From assembly GCA_963791045.1 (NCBI GenBank), contig CAWBQK010000017.1, forward strand, positions 160,001 through 224,000: 64,000 nt of DNA, written 5' to 3'. Of the stretch, positions 18,736-30,350 are shown piece after piece (the first letter of the stretch is position 1; every line of letters begins with the position of its first letter). The notes below the pieces were generated by a model. It was not told the origin of the DNA, did no database searches, and saw only the letters and a program-made list of their open reading frames with translations. This DNA is from Candidatus Latescibacterota bacterium (GTDB lineage: Bacteria; Krumholzibacteriota; Krumholzibacteriia; WVZY01). The translations under genes were made by a program, and so were the position numbers.

Positions 18736-20571
18736 ATGCGAACATTTATTATATTTCTGCTTTCTGTGGTGGTCGTTACGTCTCTCAATGCGCCGTGCTT
18801 CTCGAAGAGTTACTCGGTCGAGTCGATAGACGTCGATGCGACGGTTCGTCCCGATGGCGCGCTGCGTGTTGTCGAGAGGATTACCTACAATTTTTCGGGA
18901 TCTTACTCTTTCGCGTTTCGGGAGATTCCTCTCAAGCCGGGTGAAGAACTTCATGATATCGAGGTGGCCGATGGCGGAGTTACCTTTTTACCGTCCGCAT
19001 CGAAATCTCCTGGAACATATTCGGTATCGAGAAACGGATCGACACGAACCATAACGTGGTACTACTCCGCCCAGGACGAGAAACGATCATTCGTTTTTTC
19101 ATACACGGTGTCGGGCGTAGTCCACCGGTTCACAGATGTCGCGGAGATCTATTACAAATTCGTCGGGGAAGATTGGGATCGAGCGATCGGTCGTGTTGAA
19201 GTTCGCGTTCATTTGCCCGAATCGGTCCGTTATTCGGATGTCAGGGCCTGGGCCCATGGGCCGCTCCATGGAACGGTGAGGATTCTTCCCGAGGGGGGTG
19301 TGTCGCTTTTTGTGGCGCCGCTTCCGGCCCGAACCTATTGGGAGGCAAGAATCACCTGCCCGGAAGATGTGTTTTCCGGCCTGGCGCTGACAAAGGATGG
19401 CGCCCGTCTCAGCGAGATCCTCGTGGAAGAGGCGGGATGGGCGCAGGAGGCCAACCAACGGCGTGAAGCAAGACAGCAGCGGCTGGAAGACGCCGCCCGT
19501 GAGAGGGACACGAAAGCGGCGTTGGCAAAGAAACTGTTTCCGCTCTCAATAATCCTCGGCCTGGCTGCGCTCGGAATCTGGTTTCTGTACTTCAACCGTT
19601 ATGGCCGGCCGCACGGTGTTGTCTCCAGGACGGTACGCGGTGAAATGCCAAGCGAGCATCCACCCGCGATCCTGTCCTACCTGATGAACCGAACCGTATC
19701 GGGACCGGCAATGGTTGCGACCCTGATGGACCTGGCGAACAGAGGATTTTTGGAAATTCACGAGACGGTGGCCGATAAGAAGGGTTGGTTCGGGAAATCT
19801 AAAAAGGAAATTGATTACCGTTTCGATGTTGTGGCAAAACCGCTCGATGAACTCGCCCCCTACGAACGAGAACTTCTCCAGTTCATGCTCAACGAGGCCG
19901 GTGACTCGAACGGGTTTTCGATGTCCGCGTTCAAGAAAGCGGCGATGAAGAACCGCACGGGATTCCAAAAATGGTTCCGGAAATGGATCAAACAGGTTGG
20001 AGATTACGGAAAATCGTTCGGTTTTTTCGAGCCATATCCGGTCGGAGCGATGGTTATCAATGGTTTGTGCGGCCTGGGAATCATGCTCGCGGGGATGGCG
20101 TTTATTATCTTCTCGGAACCGCATGCGGGGATTGCCGCACTTGTCGGTGGTTTTATCCAGGCGGTTCTCACCGCGTTTCTCAGCCGTAGGACGCAGGAGG
20201 GGCGTCGCCTGGTGTTGGCGTGGCGCGATTTCAAAAAACATTTGAAGTCAATCAGCCGCGGACTGGGTCCAGTGACCCTCGACTCAAATGACTGGAGCCG
20301 GTATCTCGGCGCGGCGATTGTTTTCGGCATGCACAAACAGCTCATTCCCAAACTTCAGGTTAAAGGGGAAAGCGGCGCGATGGTATACCCCGTCTGGTTC
20401 TACGGCGGAGCGTTTGGGAGCGTTGAGCAAAGTGTGACCGGATTGTCGACGGGATTCTCGACAATGATTCAAACCATGTCCACGTCGATGAGTTCCGCAT
20501 CGGGCGCCGGAGGCGGAGCGAGTGGTGGCGGTGGTGGCGGAAGTGGCGGTGGTGGCGGCGGTGCGGGATAA
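18736..20571 (+). CDS. DUF2207 family membrane protein
   Basis: DG.L.V.E.ITY.F.G, AWAHGPL.G, ATLMDLA.RG, W..FK..L, Gly-rich tail GGGGGGSGGGGGGAG. Confidence 0.9.
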   Translation: MRTFIIFLLSVVVVTSLNAPCFSKSYSVESIDVDATVRPDGALRVVERITYNFSGSYSFAFREIPLKPGEELHDIEVADGGVTFLPSASKSPGTYSVSRNGSTRTITWYYSAQDEKRSFVFSYTVSGVVHRFTDVAEIYYKFVGEDWDRAIGRVEVRVHLPESVRYSDVRAWAHGPLHGTVRILPEGGVSLFVAPLPARTYWEARITCPEDVFSGLALTKDGARLSEILVEEAGWAQEANQRREARQQRLEDAARERDTKAALAKKLFPLSIILGLAALGIWFLYFNRYGRPHGVVSRTVRGEMPSEHPPAILSYLMNRTVSGPAMVATLMDLANRGFLEIHETVADKKGWFGKSKKEIDYRFDVVAKPLDELAPYERELLQFMLNEAGDSNGFSMSAFKKAAMKNRTGFQKWFRKWIKQVGDYGKSFGFFEPYPVGAMVINGLCGLGIMLAGMAFIIFSEPHAGIAALVGGFIQAVLTAFLSRRTQEGRRLVLAWRDFKKHLKSISRGLGPVTLDSNDWSRYLGAAIVFGMHKQLIPKLQVKGESGAMVYPVWFYGGAFGSVEQSVTGLSTGFSTMIQTMSTSMSSASGAGGGASGGGGGGSGGGGGGAG

Positions 20572-20636
20572 TCGCGCCGGGGTTGCCGATGGGCGACGCG
20601 ACAATTTGTCTTAAAAAACGATCCAGGAAGAAAAAC

Positions 20637-21395
20637 ATGAAAACGGAAAACGTGGAGTTCGTCAACCGGCGGGGACTCCTTCTGTCGGGTTATCTCGATT
20701 TGCCTGATGCGGGGCCGGCCCGAACGTATGCGATACTGGCGCATTGCTTCACATGCGGCAAAGATCTCAAACCCTTCGTGAATATCAATTCGGCGCTGAC
20801 GTCACGTGGGATCGCGGTTTTGAGATTTGATTTTACAGGACTGGGGGAGAGCGACGGCGATTTCTCGTCGTCGACGCTGAGTTCGAATGTCGAAGATCTC
20901 ATCGACGCCGCGGGATATCTGCAAAACAACCACGGTCCGCCGGGGCTTTTGATAGGACACTCGTTGGGTGGGGTTGCCGTGCTCAACGCCGCTCGGCATA
21001 TCGCGTCGATTGGTGCGGTGGCGACGGTGGCGGCCCCGTTTGATCCGGCGCATCTGGGCGCCAAATTGAGCCGGGCGCGCGAGGAGGCGGCGGAAAAAGG
21101 GGAAGCTCGGGTCAGTATTGGCGGCAGGCAGTTTGAACTTCGGGAGAGCTTTTTTAAAGATCTTGAAGCGACACCGGCCGGTGAGGTTATCGAATCGCTG
21201 GACATGGCGCTTCTTGTTCTTCACTCACCCGCCGACACGATAGTGGAAATAGATAACGCCGGCAAAATTTTCGCGGCGGCGCGGCATCCTAAAAGTTTTG
21301 TTTCGCTGGCGCATGCGGATCACTTGATGTTAAATGAGTCGGACGCCAGTTATGTTGGTGGCGTCATTGCCGCGTGGGCGGAAAATTACATCTGA
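20637..21395 (+). CDS. Alpha/beta hydrolase (type found N-terminal to OsmC domains)
   Basis: AHCFTCGKD, LRFDFTGLGES.G, GHSLGG, HSP.D..V, A.HPKSFVSL..ADHL. Confidence 0.9.
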   Translation: MKTENVEFVNRRGLLLSGYLDLPDAGPARTYAILAHCFTCGKDLKPFVNINSALTSRGIAVLRFDFTGLGESDGDFSSSTLSSNVEDLIDAAGYLQNNHGPPGLLIGHSLGGVAVLNAARHIASIGAVATVAAPFDPAHLGAKLSRAREEAAEKGEARVSIGGRQFELRESFFKDLEATPAGEVIESLDMALLVLHSPADTIVEIDNAGKIFAAARHPKSFVSLAHADHLMLNESDASYVGGVIAAWAENYI

Positions 21396-21410
21396 TAATA
21401 AAGAAGGGGA

Positions 21411-22412
21411 GTGTCACAAATGGAGTACCGGTATCTGGGATCGTCGGGTTTGCAGGTGTCCGCGTTGTCGTTGGGCGCATGGATTACATATGGGGGGCAG
21501 GTGACGGCCGACAAGGCGGATGAGTGCATGGCGGCGGCGTACGAGGCCGGTGTGAACTTTTTTGATAACGCCGAGGGATACGATGCGGGCGCGGCCGAGA
21601 CGGTGATGGGAAAAGTGATAAAGAAAAGGCAGTGGAAGCGGTCGGATCTCGTGGTGTCGACGAAGATATTTTGGGGTGGTAAGGGCCCCAACGACCGCGG
21701 GCTCTCCCGAAAACACATCATGGAGGCGATGGACGCTTCGCTCAAGCGTCTCAAAATGGACTATGTCGACCTTGTGTTCTGCCACCGCCCCGACTACCAC
21801 ACACCGATGGAGGAAACGGTGTGGGCTATGAACATTCTCATTCAACAGGGAAAAGCATTTTACTGGGGGACAAGCGAGTGGAGCGCGGAGGAGATCATGC
21901 GGGCTGTTGCCGTGGCGCGGCGCGAGCATCTCATCCCTCCGACCATGGAACAACCGCAGTACAACATGCTATGCCGTGACAGAGTCGAGGTCGAATACGC
22001 GCCTCTTTATGACGAAATAGGTCTTGGAACGACGATATGGAGCCCGTTGGCGAGCGGTGTTCTGACCGGGAAATACAACGATGGTGTGCCCGAGGGGAGC
22101 CGCTTGTCTCTGAAGGAATACGCGTGGCTCTCCGACTGGGTGCTCGGCGACGATGCCCCGGCTCGTCTCGGCAAAGTCAAGAAACTCGCTTCCATTTCGA
22201 CCGACCTGGGTTGTACCACAGCGCAACTCGCGCTCGCGTGGTGCTTGAAGAATCCGAACGTTAGCACCGTAATAACGGGCGCGACATCGGCGGCGCAGGT
22301 TCAGGAGAACATGAAGTCACTCGATGTCCTCGAGAAAATCGACGACAAGGTTGTGGAAAAAATCGAATCGATTCTCGATAACAAGCCTGTTCCACCTCAG
22401 GACCATCGGTGA
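21411..22412 (+). CDS. Aldo/keto reductase, Kv-beta-like
   Basis: [53 protein letters not shown]. Confidence 0.92.
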   Translation: MSQMEYRYLGSSGLQVSALSLGAWITYGGQVTADKADECMAAAYEAGVNFFDNAEGYDAGAAETVMGKVIKKRQWKRSDLVVSTKIFWGGKGPNDRGLSRKHIMEAMDASLKRLKMDYVDLVFCHRPDYHTPMEETVWAMNILIQQGKAFYWGTSEWSAEEIMRAVAVARREHLIPPTMEQPQYNMLCRDRVEVEYAPLYDEIGLGTTIWSPLASGVLTGKYNDGVPEGSRLSLKEYAWLSDWVLGDDAPARLGKVKKLASISTDLGCTTAQLALAWCLKNPNVSTVITGATSAAQVQENMKSLDVLEKIDDKVVEKIESILDNKPVPPQDHR

Positions 22413-22416
22413 GTGC

Positions 22417-22998
22417 CTACGCGTGAATCTCGACGAGCATTTTGGTCAATTTTGATGCGATGGCTTCCACCGCCTCCGATTGCTTGGGATCGACCATCGA
22501 GCCGTCATCGGCGAACGCTTTGTGCGCGTGTGAAATCGCCTTCTGATCGGAAAGCACTATCACCCGCATGTTTTCGAGAAGCGCGCGGAGTTGTGCGAGC
22601 GAGCGCATCCCACCTAGAGCCCCGGGTGATGCGGACATGATTCCAGCTACCCTGCCCTCGAATCCGGCATAAGGTTTTTCACCTTCGAGAGGGCGCGATG
22701 CCCAGTCGATGACGTTCTTCATCAATGGTGTGTAGGTGCTGTTGTATTCCGGGGATGCAATTAAGAAACCGTGGTGGTTGTTGAAAAGCGCTTTGATCTT
22801 TTGAGCGTTTTCGGGGATTCCCTCCGCGGCTTCGAGATCCGCGTCATACAACGGAATGGAATAATCGCGAAAGTCGAGAAGAGTTACCTCCGCCCCCGAG
22901 TTCCGGGCGGCGCCGGCCGCGATGCGGATGAGCTTCTTGTTGAGCGATTCCGCGCGTGAGCTTCCGGCAAAAGCGAGTATCTTTGGAATGAACGGCAT
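22417..22998 (-). CDS. NADPH-dependent FMN reductase
   Basis: GSSR..S.N, ASPEYN, KN.IDWASR, SASPG..GG. Confidence 0.92.
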   Translation of the reverse strand: MPFIPKILAFAGSSRAESLNKKLIRIAAGAARNSGAEVTLLDFRDYSIPLYDADLEAAEGIPENAQKIKALFNNHHGFLIASPEYNSTYTPLMKNVIDWASRPLEGEKPYAGFEGRVAGIMSASPGALGGMRSLAQLRALLENMRVIVLSDQKAISHAHKAFADDGSMVDPKQSEAVEAIASKLTKMLVEIHA

Positions 22999-23283
22999 AT
23001 CTGTTCTCCTGAAAGTTCATTGGCTGTGATATTGACTCTAAGGCACCTTAAGAAATTCGATATTAACCGCCGGCGTTCCCCTTGGCAATAGCGCAGGGGG
23101 GCTCGATGTGTCGGCGGTGGGGCGATTTTGACCTCAGGTATGAACAGCCCCCATAGCGCTTGACCGGAGCAATTCATTTTGTATAGTTGTGGGGTGTCAT
23201 GCCGCGCTCTGCGGCCGCTCGGGCGCCGCGCATGACGGTTCGGCCGAAATTTGTTCAATTATTCACATAATTCAGGATTATTT

Positions 23284-25785
23284 ATGAGTACATCTCGATC
23301 ACCGAAAAAACCGGCGTCGGTGCCGGCCACTCAATTGCCGGGCAGTCCCGTGGTGGAGGCGTATCGCCGCTGGGGGTATCTTGGGGCGAATATCGATCCT
23401 TTGGGGCGTATGGAATCTGTTGAGCACCCCGATATCATCGACGCTTCCAGCGGTGCTGCCGGTGATGTAATCGAGCGTTGCCGGGCGGTGTATTGCGGAT
23501 CGATTGGTGTCGAGTTCATGCACATCGAAGACCGGGTTCGAACCCGGTGGATTTCAGCATGGCTGGAGTCGGATGATTCCGTACCCGACCCGGTCGAGAC
23601 GGTGGAACGGCTGGCCCGATCCGAGTTGTTCGAGCGTTTTTTGCACACAAGGTATGTTGGGAGCAAGCGCTATTCGATCGAGGGGATTGCGGGGACGATT
23701 ACGCTTCTTGATGCGATTCTGGATCGATTTATCGATCACGATGGGGATATGGCCATGATTGCCATGAGTCACCGGGGACGCCTGAATGTGATGACCAATA
23801 TCGTCAACATTCCCGCGTCGGACATTTTTGCCGCAACAGAAGATATCGACCCGAGAAGCATGCTGGGGGCCGGTGATGTCAAATATCACCTCGGGGCGAC
23901 GGGAATGCACAAAACGCCGAGCGGCAGGGAGTTGAAAGTCCACCTCAACAGCAACCCCAGCCACCTCGAGGCGGTTAACCCGGTTATCATGGGACGTGTG
24001 AGGGCCAAACACGACCGCAGGGGAGAACAAGGTCGCCGGCAGGTTCTTTGTATAACGCTTCACGGGGACGCGTCGTTCGCGGGCCAGGGCGTTGTTGCGG
24101 AAACGCTCAACATGGCGGGGCTCGAATCCTATGACGTCGGCGGCACCATCCGGATCATCGTGAACAATCTTATCGGTTTCACAGCGGAATTTCCGAGACT
24201 GCATTCATCTCGCTTCTCATCCGATCTCGCCAAGCGCCAAACGATACCGATCATCCACGTCAATGGCGAAGACCCGGATGCAATCCATCGCGCGGGAAAA
24301 CTGGCTATGGATTACAGGACGGAATTTGGCGACGACATATTGATCGATATCATCGGTTACCGCCGCTACGGTCACAGCGAAGTCGAGGATCCGTCGATAA
24401 CGCAGCCGCTTCTGTACGAAAAGATCACGGATCGGCCGATGTTGTGGGAGCTTTACGGCAATAAAGTTGGAGAGAGTCCCGAGTCACTTGAGAAAATCAG
24501 GGAGAAAGTATGGTCTGTGCTCGAATCGGAACATGAAATCGGCCGCTCATCCCTCCATCGGCCTGTGATGCACCGGCTGCCCACATACTGGGATCCGTAC
24601 CGCGGTGGACCGTACATTCCCGCGCTCGAAGTTGATACGAGCGTCGGCGAGGATATCGTTCAGGAAGTCGGCGCGAAGATCACATCGTACCCGGATGATT
24701 TCAACATCCATCCAAAGATCAAGCGGCTCTTCGACCAGCGGAAGAAGATGCTGGCCGGTGAGAAATCGGTGGACTGGGGGATGGCGGAGGCGTTGGCGAT
24801 GGGGACTCTACTCTACGAGGGCGTACCCGTTCGATTGACCGGACAGGATTGCCGAAGAGGCACTTTCAACCAGCGCCACGCGATGATAGTCGACACAAAA
24901 ACCGGGGAGGGTTACTACCCGCTCGCCAATCTTCACGCGGACCAGGGAAGGTTCACCGTAATGGATTCGCCGCTGTCCGAGACGGGTGTGCTCGGGTTCG
25001 AGTACGGGTACAGTCGAGAGTATCCGGAAGCGCTTGTTTGCTGGGAGGCACAGTTCGGTGATTTCGCAAATGTGGCGCAGCCGATTCTCGATCAGTTCAT
25101 CACGGCGGGCGAGGACAAATGGAAACTCTTGTCGGGGCTCGTGGTGCTGCTTCCGCACGGTTATGAGGGGCAGGGTCCGGAACATTCCAGCGCGCGGCTC
25201 GAGAGGTTTCTTCAACTTGCCGCGGAAGACAACATTCAGATTTGCCAACCTTCGACGTCGTGCCAGTACTATTATTTGTTGCGGCGCCAGGTCTTGAGAA
25301 TCTGGAGAAAGCCGTTAATTGTCTTTACCCCCAAAGGACTGCTCCGCGCGGAGGCGGCCAGCTCGTCGATCGATGTGTTTTCGGAGGGCGGATGTTTCCG
25401 TTTTGTCCTCCCCGATGCGAAGGTGAGCGACGCTGAGAGGGTTTTGATCTGTTCGGGTAAAATCGCTCACGAGCTTAAGGCGGAACGCGACAAGCGCCAG
25501 GACGACAAGACGGCGGTGATATGCCTCGCCCAGCTTTATCCCTTCCCGAAGAAAGAAATGCAGGAAGAACTCGCCAAACATGGAAATGCGAAAAAGGTGA
25601 TCTGGGTGCAGGAGGAGCCGGCTAACAAGGGCGCGTTGAGCTTTGTGCGCCCGCAGCTGCAGAGATTGCTCGGCGAAAAACACCTGATCACGGTGAAGCG
25701 TTCGGAAAGCGCGAGCCCCGCGACTGGCTCGATCAAAGCGCACAAGATGGAACAGGAAGCGCTGATCCGCCTCGCCTTCGCATGA
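23284..25785 (+). CDS. sucA: 2-oxoglutarate dehydrogenase E1 component
   Basis: AYRRWG...A.IDPL, KRYSIEG, MSHRGRLN, GDVKYHLG, NPSHLE, HGDASFAGQG, WEAQFGDF, LPHGYEGQGPEHSSAR. Confidence 0.95.
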   Translation: MSTSRSPKKPASVPATQLPGSPVVEAYRRWGYLGANIDPLGRMESVEHPDIIDASSGAAGDVIERCRAVYCGSIGVEFMHIEDRVRTRWISAWLESDDSVPDPVETVERLARSELFERFLHTRYVGSKRYSIEGIAGTITLLDAILDRFIDHDGDMAMIAMSHRGRLNVMTNIVNIPASDIFAATEDIDPRSMLGAGDVKYHLGATGMHKTPSGRELKVHLNSNPSHLEAVNPVIMGRVRAKHDRRGEQGRRQVLCITLHGDASFAGQGVVAETLNMAGLESYDVGGTIRIIVNNLIGFTAEFPRLHSSRFSSDLAKRQTIPIIHVNGEDPDAIHRAGKLAMDYRTEFGDDILIDIIGYRRYGHSEVEDPSITQPLLYEKITDRPMLWELYGNKVGESPESLEKIREKVWSVLESEHEIGRSSLHRPVMHRLPTYWDPYRGGPYIPALEVDTSVGEDIVQEVGAKITSYPDDFNIHPKIKRLFDQRKKMLAGEKSVDWGMAEALAMGTLLYEGVPVRLTGQDCRRGTFNQRHAMIVDTKTGEGYYPLANLHADQGRFTVMDSPLSETGVLGFEYGYSREYPEALVCWEAQFGDFANVAQPILDQFITAGEDKWKLLSGLVVLLPHGYEGQGPEHSSARLERFLQLAAEDNIQICQPSTSCQYYYLLRRQVLRIWRKPLIVFTPKGLLRAEAASSSIDVFSEGGCFRFVLPDAKVSDAERVLICSGKIAHELKAERDKRQDDKTAVICLAQLYPFPKKEMQEELAKHGNAKKVIWVQEEPANKGALSFVRPQLQRLLGEKHLITVKRSESASPATGSIKAHKMEQEALIRLAFA

Positions 25786-25992
25786 GACGCACGGCATCGT
25801 TGTCGGCAGATAGTAAACCGAGTGCAAATCGCTGTTATCTGCGAATCAGCGATCCGAGCGAACAGCGTGAGCAAAGTGCGGGTATCGTGACCAATGGCTC
25901 CAACAACCCAGGCAGTAAGCCGCACGAAGCTCAAGTGAGCGAGCGTGGGGTAATCGGCGACAGGACCCGCGCCCGCATGAAGTTGAAATATG

Positions 25993-26598
25993 TCAGCGCT
26001 GGTGTCTGCGGGCGGTGAGTGCGGTAAACGACCCGTAGATTGAGGCGGCGGCGAAGACTTTCAATGCGTCGCCGATCAGGAACGGCACGAATCCGAGCTT
26101 GATGGCCAACGAGAGATTGTGCGTGTAGAAAAGTGAGAGATGCAGCACGCCGATCGTGAGAATGACCAAGGCGCCGATCGAGAAAACCGAGAGATGCCAC
26201 GCAAAGCCGTCACGGACCGAAATCAGACGCCCCACGACAAACGCCGCGACGACGAACCCCGCGAGATAACCCCCGGTCGGTCCCATGAGGACGGCGAGTC
26301 CGCCCGCCGCGCCGGCGAGAAACGGAACGCCCAGCATTCCCAACAAAACATAGATCGACTGGCTCAGGGATCCGAAGCGGGACCCGATTATGGCTCCGGA
26401 AAGAAGCACAAAAAGGGTCTGAAGCGTAATGGGCACCGGCTGGATTGGAATCCGGATTTCCGCGCCTGCAGCGGTCAAGCATGCGAACACCACGGCTCCG
26501 GTGAGTCCGACAAGCAGATGTTTGATCGAACGCGGGAGCGGGCGAGCGACAGACTTTAAATCGACGAGAACCGCGGGGATATTCCTGGAATCCGGCAT
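25993..26598 (-). CDS. bioY: Biotin transporter BioY
   Basis: PVPITLQTL, GPTGGYLAGF, PFL.GD.LK. Confidence 0.92.
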   Translation of the reverse strand: MPDSRNIPAVLVDLKSVARPLPRSIKHLLVGLTGAVVFACLTAAGAEIRIPIQPVPITLQTLFVLLSGAIIGSRFGSLSQSIYVLLGMLGVPFLAGAAGGLAVLMGPTGGYLAGFVVAAFVVGRLISVRDGFAWHLSVFSIGALVILTIGVLHLSLFYTHNLSLAIKLGFVPFLIGDALKVFAAASIYGSFTALTARRHQR

Positions 26599-26789
26599 GG
26601 TTTTCCTCCGTTTTGGTCCGCTGAATTTGATTCAAAACCCGCTCCCTGTCAAGGGAAAAGCCGGTTCCGAGCAGGGGGTGGGCGGCGGGTGGACGCGGAG
26701 CTGGGGAACCGGGAAAAGGGTGAATCCTTCTGTTGACCGCGGATAGGACAACGGGTAGTGTCCAAATTGTCTTGAGCCTCAAACGGGAC

Positions 26790-27825
26790 ATGAGAATGGT
26801 ACGGTCGAGGATGAAACGCCTCGGCGGCGTACTGGAGCAGAGCCGGAAGGTCTTGATTGCGTCACACAACAATCCGGACCCCGACTCGATCGTGTCGGCG
26901 CTTCTCCTCAGTTATATCTGCCAGGAAGTCTTTTCTCTGCCCTCGACGATCTCGTACAGCGGTGTAATCGGACGTGCCGAGAACGAATCTCTGCTCGAAT
27001 ACTCGGGGGCGAAACTGATTCCACACGCGAAGCTCGACCTCGACACGTTCGATACGGTGGCGCTTGTCGACACACAGCCCGGGACGGGCAACAACCCCTT
27101 CGATGACGAGAGCCGAGTATCGATCGTGCTCGATCACCACGGCATCCGGCCTGAAACACGGAAGGTGCCGTTTTTTGACGTTCGCGAACATCTGGGCACG
27201 ACAACGACGTTGGTGTATCTCTATTGCCGGGCGTGGGGAATCGAAATCACGGGGCGGTTCGCTACCTTGATGCTCTACGCGCTGAGAAGCGAAACGGCGG
27301 ATATGGGCCGGGAGGCGTCGCCGGTCGACCGGCGAATTTTTAAGGATCTCTACATCGCGGCGGATCTTCGGGCGTTGTCGCAGATAGTTAATGCGAAAGT
27401 CGACGTAGGATACTTCGCCGCCATCCATCGCGCCATCGAAAAGTCTTCCGTCCATGGACGGCTTATCGTCTGCCCAATGGGCCCGCTACCGTACCCGGAC
27501 GCGGCCGCACAGATTGCCGATTATTTTTTAAGATACCGAAAAGTAAGTACGACATTTTCGATAGGCGTCTTCGAAGATATGATCTTGATGTCCCTTCGCT
27601 CGGATGATCCGTCGGCGAAATTGGGAGTGCTTGCTCAAAAGGTGGTGTTGGGTCTTGGAACGGCGGGTGGACACGGGTCAAGCGCAGGCGGGCAGGTATC
27701 AATCGCCGGAAAATCGAGTGAAGAAGTTGAAGACAATCGAGAAAAGACTGATTGATGCATTGCTGAAGGAACTCGGATTAGAAAATGAGATATCCCACAA
27801 ATTGATAAACGAAATCAACGGTTAG
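26790..27825 (+). CDS. DHH family phosphoesterase (NrnA-like), frameshift near 27729
   Basis: H.NPDPD, VD, LDHH, SLRS, AGGH..SAGG. Removing one G at ~27729 extends the frame to KTIEKRLIDALLKELG...NG-stop. Confidence 0.8.
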
Positions 27826-28196
27826 CCCTCGCGAAATTAGCCTGTCTTTAAGGACGAGCACCCCGAAAAAGCTACGCGAATATCGCTACTTCTCCAATGT
27901 TTATGCCCGCCGCACGGAAGTGATTTCAAAAAAGTTCTTGTGAATTTTAGCGCAAAAAATAGTGGCACAAACCTCCGGGTCGACACGCCCTTTATGTTTC
28001 TTGCGGTTCCGGAATATTGTTCACGTGTTACTTTACAGTGTAGGTCGATTCTTACGCTAACATTGGTTAAATAAACGATTTTCGCTTGCTTTTTGCACGA
28101 TTAAGAGCTACGAATAGAGTAGAAGGGCAAAGGGCTGTGAAGCCTGCACGATCAATCGTTGAAACACCAAGAGTCACTGGGTTTCGAGGAGGGTCA

Positions 28197-28625
28197 ATGA
28201 AGAATCCCAAGTTCTTCACGATTGAAGAAGCCGAAAATCTCATCGGTTTGCTTGAAACTACTCTCGAGCGGATCAAGCGGAACAAGCAACAGTTTCTCTG
28301 GCTTCAGGAAGAAATCTCCATACTTGAGTTGGTTGTGGACTGCGGCGCGCACGAAGACAACGCCGACTCGGTCTCGCTCGTATCCAAACAAAAGACATTC
28401 AACAAACTCTCTCGAGAAATCGAGAGGGATGTCGTCGCGATCGACGCGATGGGCTGCGTGCTGCGAGACGTAGACACAGGCGTTATCGATTTCTTCTCGA
28501 TCCAGGATGGAACGGTCGTGTTTCTTTGCTGGAAGAAGGGTGAAGACAATATCATGTACTGGCACCCGATCCGTGAAGGATTTTCAGGGCGCCAGGAACT
28601 GATGCGTTCACCGAGCAAGCGCTGA
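28197..28625 (+). CDS. DUF2203 family protein
   Basis: FT.EEA..L...G..LRD.D.G.IDF......VFLCWK.GE..I.YWH...EGF.GR; SD GAGGAGG. Confidence 0.88.
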   Translation: MKNPKFFTIEEAENLIGLLETTLERIKRNKQQFLWLQEEISILELVVDCGAHEDNADSVSLVSKQKTFNKLSREIERDVVAIDAMGCVLRDVDTGVIDFFSIQDGTVVFLCWKKGEDNIMYWHPIREGFSGRQELMRSPSKR

Positions 28626-30350
28626 TTAAAGCAGCGTATAGTTGGGACCTTGTCCGCCTTCGGGCGGCGTCCAGCGAATATTGTTCAACGGGCACTTGAT
28701 GTCGCACGTCTGACAATGCACGCAGTTGGTGAAGTTGACCTGCAGGGTCAGTTTTTCCGAGCCTTCCTCTTTTAACATCTCGTACACTTTTGCCGGGCAA
28801 AAACGGTTGCACGGGTATCGGTACGTGTCAACGCATGTGTCGTAACACACCGATGTGTCGATGATCTTGAGGTGCGATGGCTGGTCCTCGTTGTGTTGTG
28901 TCCCCGAGATGTAAACATCCGAAAGCTTGTCGATCGAATAGACACCGTCGCCCGCCGGTTCAACCGGGGCATCGAGCGATCTGCCGTAGTATTCGGCGAC
29001 GGGTTTTGTGGTTTTGTAGTCTTCCTCGATCGTGTCATACGACAACACGTCCCGTCCGCCGGACAGGGTTTGTATCCCGATATGGAAGAAAGCCCTGGGA
29101 AGCCCCATGGAGACGGCGCGGTGAAAGTGCCTGACGCGATGGAGCGTCGCTCCGACCGAGCCGTCGCGCAGTTTTGTCTCGTATGGGGCGAGCGTCTTCT
29201 CTGAGAAATCGTCTTTTTTCAGCCCCTCGAATATCTGCTGGGCGGCGAGCATGCCCGACTTCATGGCCAGGTGGACGCCCTTGAACCGCTGCATGTCGAC
29301 CATCGAGCCCGCTTCGCCTACGATGAGCGCCCCGTCGACCGTGAGTTTGGGCATAGAGAAATATCCACCGGCGCTGACGACTTTTCCGCCGTACTGAATC
29401 GGCTTGCCGCCTTTGAGGATTTCCTTCACAAAGGGGTGCTGTTTGAACTGCTGAAAAAGTGTGTGTTGATCGGTAAAAGGATCTTTGGCGTCAAGGGGCA
29501 CGACGAGTCCGACGGAAATCAAGTTGTCCGCCATATGATACATCCAGGTTCCACCGACCGCGTCGCGCTTGAATGGGTAGCCCATGGTGTGGACCACGCG
29601 CCCGGGCTGAACACGGCCCTCTGGCATTTCGAATATCTCTTTGACGCCCGTTTCGAAAATCTGATTCGCCTTGCCGGAGAGCAGGCCGTGCCGCCGGATG
29701 AGTTCCTTTGACAAGTAGGCCCGCGGTCCGTCGCCAAACACGGTGACTTTTGCTTTGAGGTCGATGCCGGGTTCGAAGTTGCCCTTTTTTTCTCCGGCCG
29801 CGTCGATTCCTTTGTCGCCGGTGCGAACACCCGTGACCACCGAGTTTGCAGCGAGTATTTCCACTCCCGCAAACCCGGGGAACACATTGACGCCGGCTTC
29901 TTCGACAAGCGAACCAAGCCATCGGTTGAACTTTGCCAGGGAGACGATCTTGTTGCCGTGATTGGACATGATCGGGGGCATGAACGGGATTTTGACCGCT
30001 TTCGTGGAGGAAAGGAAATAGATGTCGTCGCTGGTGACATCCGCCTCAATCGGACAGCCCTTCTCCTTGTAATCGGGGATCAATTCCTGGAGCGCGGAAG
30101 GGTCGATAACGGCGCCGGAAAACCCATGGGCGCCGATTTCCTGCGCCTTGTCGATTAGAACGATCATGGGTTCGAGCGGCGATCCCTCGCCGGTCGATTC
30201 GACATTTTTGTTGTGGGCCTCGATCAGGCGCGTCAGGTGGTAAGCGCCCGCGAGCGATGCGGGGCCGCCGCCGACAAACAGAACATCGGATTCGAGGCTT
30301 TCTCGTTCTTCGGCCGTCGATAAGCTCGTGTGACACACAAACGTGTTCAT
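28626..30350 (-). CDS. Electron transfer flavoprotein-ubiquinone oxidoreductase (FixC/FixX fusion type)
   Basis: VGGGPA.L, SGAV, GVRTGDKG, KG.HLAMKSGMLAA, H.EDQP.HL, CNRFCPA.VYE, NCVHCQTCDIKCP, W.PPEGG.GP.Y. Confidence 0.93.
   Translation of the reverse strand: MNTFVCHTSLSTAEERESLESDVLFVGGGPASLAGAYHLTRLIEAHNKNVESTGEGSPLEPMIVLIDKAQEIGAHGFSGAVIDPSALQELIPDYKEKGCPIEADVTSDDIYFLSSTKAVKIPFMPPIMSNHGNKIVSLAKFNRWLGSLVEEAGVNVFPGFAGVEILAANSVVTGVRTGDKGIDAAGEKKGNFEPGIDLKAKVTVFGDGPRAYLSKELIRRHGLLSGKANQIFETGVKEIFEMPEGRVQPGRVVHTMGYPFKRDAVGGTWMYHMADNLISVGLVVPLDAKDPFTDQHTLFQQFKQHPFVKEILKGGKPIQYGGKVVSAGGYFSMPKLTVDGALIVGEAGSMVDMQRFKGVHLAMKSGMLAAQQIFEGLKKDDFSEKTLAPYETKLRDGSVGATLHRVRHFHRAVSMGLPRAFFHIGIQTLSGGRDVLSYDTIEEDYKTTKPVAEYYGRSLDAPVEPAGDGVYSIDKLSDVYISGTQHNEDQPSHLKIIDTSVCYDTCVDTYRYPCNRFCPAKVYEMLKEEGSEKLTLQVNFTNCVHCQTCDIKCPLNNIRWTPPEGGQGPNYTLL

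Noticed and set aside
20500-20571. GGC/GGT triplet-rich repeat
   Set aside because: It encodes the normal Gly-rich tail of DUF2207 proteins.
27963-27980. TGGCAC as a possible sigma54 -24 element
   Set aside because: It lacks the TTGC -12 box at the correct spacing.
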